From positions 9,678,973-9,742,972 of the forward strand of contig OZ037770.1 in NCBI GenBank assembly GCA_964035545.1: 64,000 bases of DNA. The letters are read 5' to 3'. The translations under genes were made by a program, and so were the position numbers. Source of the DNA: Bugula neritina (taxonomy: Eukaryota > Animalia > Bryozoa). Below the pieces are notes generated by a model, which did no database searches, had not been told where the DNA came from, and saw only the letters and a program-made list of their open reading frames with translations. This document shows positions 1 through 64,000 of the stretch, piece by piece (the first letter of the stretch is position 1; each line of letters begins with the position of its first letter).

Positions 1-383
1 ATTTAAAGAGCAGTGGCTAAATTTTAAAAAAAATTAAATTTAATATCTGCTTGCAAATTAGAAAATTTGACAATAATATATGTTTCTAACTGTTCATATA
101 AGTAGATATTCTAGCATGTGCAGCCAGGTTCGCATAAAAGTTGTAACTCTGCTACAGCGCATTTAAAACATTTTCAAATACAGTTTTTAGTTTTATGTCT
201 TAAAATATCAAAACTATAAGAAAAGTAGCAACATGTCCATTGTAGCTTTATGACTTATTTACAGGATTTATTTAGTCAAGCAATCAGTTTGATTATAAAA
301 AAAACTTTGTTTAATGCTGTTACATATTTTATGATCTTTACAATAAAATAATTTGACTTGAAAAATCTTGCTGCATATTTTAG

Positions 384-2334
<1,951 letters not shown>

Positions 2335-2962
2335 TGTGGAATGAACTGGATTATAATGGGCTTCATGTTAATTAACTTAATGAGAACTTTGCAAATGTCA
2401 GCTGGTGAAAATCTGTTTCTTTGCATGACATGAAGCAGAAATAACACTATTTACTGTATTTGGTCATAATAATTATAAAACTTTGAATAGTAATAGTATT
2501 ACTAGATTTTATTTGAAAGACTTTGATTTCTTCTTTTAATTGTAAAGAGTAGCTGATCACTAAGCATTATAATCTATAAAGTTGTGTACTATAATATGCT
2601 GCCTCCATGCAACAACATGAAATTGTGCTAACGCTTTTGTTTTTCCTGGTGAGACCTCAACCCAATTATAGTCTAAAACCCAAATTCAGTAAGGGCTTTA
2701 TGAAAATTATAAGCAGTGAAATTCTTTAGCACTTGTGGTAGTTAGGAAAATTTTCTTTCTTAACTTAATTCGTTTGAACCTGTAGAGTAAAAGTGATTAT
2801 CTATAAGTTTGCTGCAACTTGCAAATATGCAACTACTGTCATAATATATTCAAAGGATTCCCAAGTTTACTAGTAGAACCTTAGTATTTTGAAGAGCTGA
2901 AAGGAATTGCCACACACATAATATTTTGGCAGTTTGCTCAAGGTTACACATTGCGCTGTTAG

Positions 2963-3385
<423 letters not shown>

Positions 3386-3623
3386 AAATTATTATATATA
3401 TATATATATATATGTATATATTGCACACTTGTAATAGCCCTAAGATTGTAAATAATGAGGAAATGAGAGCAAATTATAGATATATTATGTAAACTTTTTT
3501 GTATTCACATAAGAAAGAAAGATGGTTTGATACCACATTATCAGCCTATGTGGAAAAAAATGAGTGAACATCTACCATTTTGCACTTCATCGTAGCATTG
3601 TATAAATGCTAAGTTTGAGAAAG

Positions 3624-3850
3624 CTACACCTGCCAACGTTTGCAAGAGTGATGACAATGGCACACATGCTTTTCAGTAAAGTAGTAGCCACAGCACTGCA
3701 GTACGCTGGTGCACAGTTTATGTAAGGGCACCATGGTTTCACACAGTTGCCAAAGCAGGGCGTCACAGAAGCAGTTCCTCATAGCACCACTGGCCATCAC
3801 AGTCACCAGGAATACCGTAAAAATAATAGCTATACAATTCAAAAACACAA
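3624..3850 (-). pseudogene. Probable frameshifted relative of the Cys-rich secreted peptide at 46056
   Basis: Hydrophobic stretch IAIIFTVFLVTVMA, then CFC (3765-3773); a shifted frame gives PCFGNCVKPWCPYINCAPAYCS, returning to CGYYF; compare CFC...CVPVYCGCTYYF at 46056. Confidence 0.5.
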
Positions 3851-4525
3851 TATGAGGCACTAGCTGTTTATTGTATACTACATTTGCTACTGATATATTT
3901 GATTGCATGATTTATTATAATTTTGCACTATAAACTCAGATTTTGTGCCAAGTTACAACTCCTAATAAAATTTATATAAGACAAATGCTGTGAATGTTAA
4001 CTCCGTGCTTTAAATCCTAAAATTAATGTAAATGACATGCTCCTTTGAAAAGCAGAGCTATAGGCAGCACCCCCTCTGTTAAATATAATGTCATCTGTAT
4101 CAATATATTGTGTTATTTAATATACTATATACATAGACCTATATACATCTAAGCCAGTAAATATATGCACCATCACAGCAAATCAAAAATATTGTAGAGT
4201 TTATCAACTTAGACCCAAGAACAGGGCTGATATAATAATTATGTTGTCTTCGTTACTAATAGTGAATTAACAAAAACTTACGGAGCTCAAAATCTTGACT
4301 TTAAATATAATAAATAAGCTGTGTAAAGCTACTGATGATAATTGCTTTGAAATCCTTTATACTGAAGCTATTTTACCCTATCAAGCTAATCCTTCCTAAG
4401 AGTGATTGTTCACTGGATATGCAACTAAGAAGAACACAATTTGAGGTACTATATACGGTTGCTTTATGTTACTTGGGCTAAGCTAGACCTAAATAAAAAA
4501 ATCCAATGCAGGAGTTCAAAAATAA

Positions 4526-4598
4526 TGGGCTCCACAGAGATTCGAACCCTAGACCTTTGGCTTGCAAGCACGTGTGCTAACCATTACACCACCGGACC
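4526..4598 (-). mobile_element. tRNA-derived SINE head / tRNA pseudogene
   Basis: A box TGGTGTAATGG and B box GGTTCGAATC at tRNA spacing, but acceptor and anticodon stems are mismatched. Confidence 0.65.
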
Positions 4599-4727
4599 AC
4601 TGGGTAAACTCAACACTACAGGAGTGTCAGTGTGGGTAAATTAGCTAAGCTATGAAAATGTAAGTGTTTAACGTTACTGCTAGCTTACAGGGTCTTTTCT
4701 ATAGCTACTGTAAAGAGTTTAGTATAG

Positions 4728-5088
4728 TGTTCCCACTTAGTAGTATTTATATGGAAAGGATAACTCTATATCAGACTGATGGTGATGCAGTCAGCATCAT
4801 GTCGTCAGGATGGCACCACCGTGATAGCCAATCGGATGTAGCTAACAATTAGTAGTAGGCGGAGCTGCCAATGTATAGTGGAAGCTTGGCTGGCAGAGTG
4901 GATTGGGACTTGAACATGTAAAGTTGTGTATAAATCACTCTCTATTATGTAATCGTGTGCATTAGTGTTAGTAATTTTATTTGCTGTATAATTCGTAAAT
5001 AATAAAGTCTATTCAATTGTGAGAAACCTGGTGAAGTGGCTTTGAATAAGTAGACCCACTAATTATAGTGAATCGTAAATTCACTACA
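4728..5088 (+). mobile_element. Probable solo LTR
   Basis: TG...CA ends flanked by ATAG (4724-4727, 5089-5092); internal TATAAAT (~4929) and AATAAA (~5002). Left boundary uncertain. Confidence 0.45.
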
Positions 5089-5199
5089 ATAGATAGAAAG
5101 AAAAAAATTGAACTTGAAACTCAAAAAGTTTGCTATAGCTGAATAGTGATCAATAAATAAATCAAATTAGCATCCAACTGCACTCACAATTCAGTGTTA

Positions 5200-5524
5200 G
5201 CCTAGGGCCACACTGTGCGTATTTTCGAGTGCGAAAATTGAAACCACGGGTAGCAAAGGAGTCCACTGAGAAAACATTCGCACTTGTCGCTCAGCATTCT
5301 GAATCGTCTCTGTCGTCGTCACCTAATTGGTTGGTACTTATTTAGTGAGTACGATTATTTTATTTTAGTGCTCCATTCCAGTAAATTGCGTTTTATTGAA
5401 AGCGAGTGCGATTTAAAAATGAACGCTTTATTTATCACGCATCACTGACGCTACAGTGGACACCTTTGCTACCCGTACGGTTTCAATTTTCGCATGCGAA
5501 AATACGCACAGTGTGGCCCTAGGC
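5200..5524. mobile_element. PIF/Harbinger-type MITE
   Basis: About 70 bp TIRs starting GCCTAGGGCCACACTGTGCGTATTTTCG; TTA target-site duplication at 5197-5199 and 5525-5527. Confidence 0.85.
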
Positions 5525-6729
5525 TTACTGAAAGACTAGCATTACTTTAATGAGCTTAATAATTGGTGTTTTTGTATTCGTTGTTGTAGTTACTTACTCT
5601 GCACATATTATGCAGTTTATACTTTATGAACGTAATAATTGGCGTCAGACTCAGTGAAGTAATTGGGTCAAATATAACAGGTGTAAAGCTTCAATGAATC
5701 AAGATGCTACTTCAGTAAACAGATAAAAAAGTGTAACAATTATTGGTCCTGCTAAATATATTTTGTCCATTTAAAAACGGATAAAAAATTATTATAGAGA
5801 GTTGTTATACCTTCTTCTTTCTGCAAGAAAGCTAGCTAGTAGGGTTATACATTTTCAAGCACCAATGAATCACATTCAAATTTTATTATACTTACTGTAC
5901 ATATTCAAAGATTTTAAGATAAAACTTTGTATATGAGAAAATTTTTTTATAGTAAACTATTCTCAGCTTTCCGTTCCAAAACTCTCCACTGATAATTTCC
6001 ATTAGGTTAGTTTTAATAGTTTATGAAATCATGCTTTGTGATGCATGAAATGATCTTTGTAAATAGAAATGCGAACCAAATCAATCATTATTATTTTATA
6101 GAGTGTCATGGAGCATTACACTGCAGCTAAAAATTTAGTGCAAATGTGGTTTTGGAGAAGTTAGTTGGGGCATGTAATGACTTAAAAACAACATTTCATC
6201 TCCAGGCATTTGTAAGGTGAGTTGTAGAAATCTCTCTATATTTACCCAAGCTGCTTTACTCCTTGTGACTACTTATATTATATTGTTTCATACTATTATA
6301 ACTACATATGCAGAAAACTAGCACTTCGAACACTATTATATTTCATTTGATTGCATTTTGAGAAATAAATATTTTGATTTTTTTTATATATTTAGCTGAA
6401 AGCTATAAGTTTTAGCCATGGTCTGAGCCAGAAATTGACTAAAAGTGCAGAAATCAGCATTGACCTTGACTCTTCTTTGAATTCATTCCAGTGTCTAATA
6501 ATTTGTTGCAAAACCAAAAATAGTCAGAGCATGCAGCTTGAAAAGTTCAATGACTACTTTACCAATGAGAGATAATGATTTCAAGTAGAATGCATTTAAT
6601 GTTTCTTTTGAAACAAACAGACATTAAGCAAAGACTTTACACATTGACTGCTGTTTGTATAATAATATAATTTGTATGGAACTGCTACACTGATAAGACT
6701 GACATAAAACTAGAGTATGTTGTACTCTA

Positions 6730-7180
6730 TAGGCCCTTTTCACAAATCTCTCTAAGCCTTAAGGGCATTTGTATTTTTGAAGTTGTCTCCTCCCACATGT
6801 GCAAGGTCAAGTCTCCATGATATATAGATAAAGCACATAAAATCAGTAAAAATTTAAGGTTTGTGTGAAGACTATTGCTAGTATGAGTTTCATTTTTTAT
6901 GAGATTAATGTTTTGGCATAAGCACACATATTAGCAGTTTCAGAAATTTTTTTAAAAACAAATTTATTGATAAATTTGACAAAAAATAAACTTTAAAGCA
7001 TTTTTGTGGTTTGGTTATTGAGCAATGCTGAAGCTGGCAGCTGTCATATTATAAATTCCACCAATAATTAAAGATTATTAAAATTTATAATATGCCAGGT
7101 GCCAGCTTCAGCATTGCTCAATAACCAAACCACAAAAATGCTTTGAAGTTTATTTTTTGTCAAGTTTATCAACAAAATTT
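6730..7180. mobile_element. MITE-like element with about 100 bp internal inverted repeat
   Basis: Arms about 6960-7058 and 7081-7180 are reverse complements; the left part resembles the element at 42105-42507. Confidence 0.55.
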
Positions 7181-7734
7181 TTCCCTTGAAGGACTTGTAA
7201 AAAGAGTCTATTGCATGTAAAGTCAACAAGCAGAAACGTAAAGATGGATCAAAGTATAATGAAAAACGATTGAAAATTAAACCTAAAAAGTCCAGTGCCA
7301 TGCATCTACCTGGCACATGTTGAGTCTAGACATTTGAGAAACAATGCTTGACCAATTACAGCCATAATTAAAGTTGATTCATTAACCAGCCTTTAACAAC
7401 ACATTTAACTCAGGACGAGCTTACATGTCACTATAGACAAATTTATTCAGATATTTCTAACTCAGAATGCCCATGTACAATGCACACTTTAACCAATAAT
7501 TATTTCCAGCTGACTAGTCATAAAGAAGTGACAATTGGCCACAGTAGTATATTATATTTGAAGTGTCAGTGCGATTTCTTATCTTTCATATTTCAATTAA
7601 GCAAGGTTTTCGTCCAGTTACTATAGAAATGTAGCACATGCATTCAGGCAGTTCCAATTTTGGCAGAACATGCAATGTAAACTGAAACATCTTTTGTAGT
7701 TAAAGTGCTATACATGACTACATCTCACTTATGC

Positions 7735-7935
7735 ATGCAAGTTTATTTTCATGCATATCCTTTTAAGAAACCCTGATGGAAAAGGTGTTTTAAAATGTGC
7801 TATTAGGACTTATTCAGATGTGGCACAGAATCAATTATGACTGAATACTTTTTCTAACATCACCAATGGCCAATTTACCAGGAGTGACCTTGTGTTTAAT
7901 AAGTCAACTCTCCAACCCCTAGGTCACGGCTGCTT
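7735..7935 (-). mobile_element. Dispersed SINE family A copy
   Basis: Shares core GGTGATGTTAGRAARAGYATYCAGTCATAATTG with copies at about 11.9, 14.8, 50.6 and 54.1 kb. Confidence 0.7.
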
Positions 7936-8285
7936 TCTTAAACATGACTACACCTGGATAGCAGTAAATGTGAAGTTTTATTAAGTTTGATAGAAAAATT
8001 CTGACAATTATGCACTTATACCATGGCTGTCTTGTTGTAGAGTATCTAATGCGCATTCTTAAGCCATGTGACATTGTTCTATATATGGATCATTATGCAA
8101 TTAGTTCGTACTCTCTGTTTATACTTCGGGAACAATGCATTTTTAGATGAATGTTTGTATTTTTTATTTAGCAACGCTTTTATAACTTTTGTTCAAATAG
8201 CTGCTCTATAAATATGCATGTGATATTTATTTAGCAAATATTTCTTAGATATAGTTTAATTTAGATGTAAGAAGATTAATAAAAT

Positions 8286-44060
<35,775 letters not shown>

Positions 44061-45652
44061 TGTGGAATGAACTGGATTATAATGGGCTTCATGTTAATTA
44101 ACTTAATGAGAACTTTGCAAATGTCAGCTAGTGAAAATCTGTTTCTTTGCATGACAAGAAGCAGAAATAACACTATTTACTGTATTTGGTCATAATATTT
44201 ATAAAACTTTGAATAGTAATAGTATTACTAGATTTTATTTGAAAGACTTTGATTTCTTCTTTTAATTGTAAAGAGTAGCTGATCACTAAGCATTATAATC
44301 TATAAAGTTGTGTACTATAATATGCTGCCTCCATGCAACAACATGAAATTGTGCTAACGCTTTTGTTTTTCCTGGTGAGAACTCAACCCAATTATAGTCC
44401 AAAACACAAATCCAGTAAGGGCTTTATGAAAATTATAAGCAGTGAAATTCTTTAGCACTTGTGGTAGTTAGGAAAATTTTCTTTCTTAACTTAATTTGAA
44501 CCTGTAGAGTAAAAGTGATTATCGATAAGTTTGCTGCAACTTGCAAATATGCAACTACTATCATGATATATTCAAAGGATTCCCAAGTTTACTAGTAGAA
44601 CCTTAGTATTTTGAAGAACTGAGAGCAATCGCCACACACATAATATTTTGACAGTTTGCTCAAGGTTACACATTGCGCTGTTAGTTTTGCAACTGTATGA
44701 AATTACAGCAGAAAGGTTATATTTGACAATATATTAAATGTTACTAATAAATTAACATCTATGTAGAAATTAAAGTTTGCATAAATTTTGCATTATACCT
44801 GGCACTTTATACTACTTGCAAAAAATAAAAATATTGAGTTTTGTCTGTTTTCCAGTGTGAAAGGCTTCCTCAAAACTTAATGTTGCTATATCCTGAAAAG
44901 TTATTTTTGAAAAGTTTGAGGAAATATCTTTTACATGACTGCCAAGTTTCAGCAAGCACCTGTGTAGATAGCGAGCTATAAAATAAACTCCAAAACACAT
45001 GCACAGCACATCTTTCTAAAGCTATAGACAGTTACTGTTTTGCAAAGAAGCTCAAAATTACTCAGTTTAAAATGAAAGCTATTGGATTTATTTTTAGCTT
45101 ATTTGGTAAGCACTTTAAATTTCTAATAACCCCTCAATCAATTTGTTTTAGATTTATGATAATGCTGTTGCAAAATCAAAATATGTAGACCGTCATAAAT
45201 CAACTATGACTTTATGGGTAGCTATTTAAGTAGGCTAACCTTACACACATGCACATACATAACAAGGTAGATATAGCTTTGCCTATTCAAACTGATAATT
45301 TTTATGTTTCTACAGTCCTATAAGGGTATTTGATGTATCGTAAGTAACAGATAATTGACAAAAAATAATTAGTAATTGTTCAAATAATATAAATATGAAT
45401 AATTGTAGATATAGATATAATAGTACATACAAAACAATGCTTTTTGTGCTGCAATAAATTTTAGTTCAGACTGGTTCCTACCCTGTGTCAATGTTGTATT
45501 GCTAGTGGCCAGAGGCAATAACTATCTGCTACACTACTTGCTACATTGAAACTCTTTCATAAGCTTCTACTAAATAATATGTTTAATCTTTTTGATAAAG
45601 ACTATACTGTTATTACTTGTGACATTATTTACATGACATTCATAATATTATA

Positions 45653-45977
45653 GGAGTTTAGTGAAAATGGCACATGCAGGTAAAAATGGCATGGTAAAAA
45701 TGGCACAGGTAATAATGGCACAGGTAGTAATGGCAAAAATGGCAAAGTAGGTAAAAATGGCACATTTTCAATATTGGGGTTTGGGGTAGTATTGAGGGTT
45801 TGGAATGGGGGATTTAGGTTTGGGGTTTGGGGTTAAAAGGTTGAGGATTAGGGTTTAGGGTTTGGGAAAAATTAAGTTCCACTTTTACCTCCTTTTTCAT
45901 TTGTGCCATTATTTCCTGTGCCATTATTACCTGCATGTGCTATATTACCTACATGTGCCAATTTTGACCTAAAATCC
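45653..45977. mobile_element. Second member of the ATGGCACA-repeat foldback MITE family
   Basis: Inverted arrays of AAAAATGGCACA / TGTGCCATTATT around a GGGGTTT/TTAGGG-rich centre; imperfect TSD ATATTATA/ATCTTATA. Confidence 0.75.
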
Positions 45978-46055
45978 ATCTTATATGATAATAAAATTGA
46001 TTTGTGGCATCTTAGATAAACAAAATATGTTTAGCATTTTGATGAGATTATTATT

Positions 46056-46295
46056 ATGATTGCCTTTACAGCCATACTAGCAATAGTCAGCATGTTGACT
46101 TCACAAGCTGACGCTGCATCTTCTTGCTTCTGCAAAGCCAAGAGTTACTGTAAGCGGAATCCTTGCCAGATGATTGGGCCGTGTGGCAAAGCCAACCGCC
46201 GCTGTGTTCCTGTGTACTGTGGGTGCACATACTATTTTGAGAACACCCTCACCGGGCAACTAGCTGAAGACTGTCCACGTACTTGCGACTTCTAA
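46056..46295 (+). CDS. Small secreted cysteine-rich peptide (20-aa signal + 59-aa mature, 10 Cys)
   Basis: Hydrophobic N-terminus ending in ADA; even Cys number; GC content well above the flanks; uninterrupted ORF. Confidence 0.75.
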   Translation: MIAFTAILAIVSMLTSQADAASSCFCKAKSYCKRNPCQMIGPCGKANRRCVPVYCGCTYYFENTLTGQLAEDCPRTCDF

Positions 46296-47339
46296 ACAAC
46301 ATACATCTAGATGCTATATAGTTGACATTCTGCATGTTTCTAAGAGATCATTTTGATATTGCTTGATAACTTAAATTCTGTCACAGGAAACATATTTCTA
46401 TGGCATACTTTCACTTTTAGATTTATGAATTTTACCATGTAAGATATCATAATTTTTATATTATTAACATATTACGTGATATGAAGCAATGTTCAATATG
46501 TAATAATATACTTTTTTTGCAAATGTATCAACTATTATTTTTCTTTTCTTCAAAACATGTTAATTATCTATCTAAATTTCTAACACTGTTTGTTATTTTC
46601 AAATAATTTTTAGAAAGTTCCACACACAATTGAAAGTAGCTTGAACTGATTTGAAACTTTATAGAAAGACATGAAAATAAGCAGAACAATTTGGCTCTGA
46701 ATCTTATTTTGAGCATATATGAAAACGGAAATATGATATAATAGATTTTAGCGTATAAAATCTTATCATTCAGTAATATATACTATATAAAGTTGAAACA
46801 TGCATGCACAGCCTTGTGCACTATTAAACCTCAATTGGAAAATTTGTTAAACCATAAATATACTCCTTTTAGCTTTTTTGATGAACATATGTTCCACATT
46901 ATACAATATTTTCACATTTAAATAATCTACTATAGCTTTGACTTTCTGTTCATATTTATGTCTAAAGGTTATTTCTGGCAGTCCGACAAGCTACCAATAT
47001 TATTCTATTCTTGGCATTGTAGCTGTAGGAGAATAACCAGCAAAGCTTACGTATTGTTATGACTCATAACATTTGGTGCACATATTGTGTAAGTAGTCCT
47101 ATCACCAAAAAGCTACAGAAAGTAAAACTTTTAAATTTAAATCTTTAGCCCTGCTCATAAAATTCTTGTGTACTCTTGCATAATGTGTTTTGTAAACTGT
47201 TAGATCAGTATTTTTATTATGTTATGAAATGTTTTATTATAGCTTCATATTCCAAGACGTACGATCACACATTGTCATTAATTACCATTCATTTTCACTA
47301 ATTTTATTAGATGTGCCCAACTAAACAGGTAAATCTGCA

Positions 47340-63309
<15,970 letters not shown>

Positions 63310-63800
63310 CTGAAACAAAACAAAACAAAAATTAGGCCATGTAATAAGCGTTTATTAAAGGTGAAATTATTATTTGAACAAAGGTTGTGTTAACAAGAAA
63401 CTTAGTTGCGAGTCTGGCTGCTAAAATTTTGGTGTAGAACTTTCAGATTTTTACATACATATCAACATTGAAACACTAGCTTACCATTATCTGCTACATT
63501 TGTTCTAAAACACAACTATAAAAACAATTTAATGAAGTTGACAAAATAGGAAAAATACTGGTACGTAGAAGTTAAGTAAGCTGATAGCAATAAATATGTT
63601 TATCAAAGCATGGATTACAGATCTTCATTATTTTGTCCGTTCAAAGCATTTTTCTCTAAGGTATGACTTGACAAATTAGAAAAGGTTTCAATGGTGCAAA
63701 CCAGCATTTTTCACAAAGTTAGCTGCTCTAAATAACTGTTATGTACAATTTGTCCTATAATAGCAAAAATATTACAATAACAAAGAAGTACTAGTTTGAA

Positions 63801-64000
<200 letters not shown>

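Noticed and set aside
4526-4598. Functional tRNA gene
   Set aside because: Acceptor and anticodon stems do not pair properly; better explained as a SINE head.

Overview
AT-rich, intron-rich animal (invertebrate-like) genomic DNA dominated by a cluster of three ABCC5/MRP5-like (short MRP, no TMD0) ABC transporter paralogs. Copy 1 contributes only its last 5 exons (+, to 2334). Copy 2 is complete (about 29 coding exons, about 1418 aa, +, 8286-44060). Copy 3 (-, 47340 to beyond the window end) is convergent with copy 2. Copy 2 introns hold a full-length Gypsy LTR element and a Penelope-like element stacked in one (TA)n tract, a decayed RTE LINE, a solo LTR, SINEs and MITEs. Most notable observations: (1) the Gypsy element has an extra post-pol ORF encoding C2H2 zinc fingers, basic clusters and a coiled coil behind its own TATA box; (2) a small secreted 10-Cys peptide gene lies convergent to ABCC copy 3, and an apparently frameshifted relative lies convergent to copy 1, suggesting a co-duplicated transporter+peptide module; (3) copy 3 carries a 20-copy tandem amplification of an exon end plus its 5' splice site; (4) hammerhead ribozymes from two Penelope-like families, two of them in sense within an ABCC intron; (5) a lost splice acceptor in copy 2 and patchwork gene conversion among the paralogs. 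Exon models were built by eye from GT/AG sites and frame continuity. Family names come from motif recognition, not database searches. The organism was not identified.
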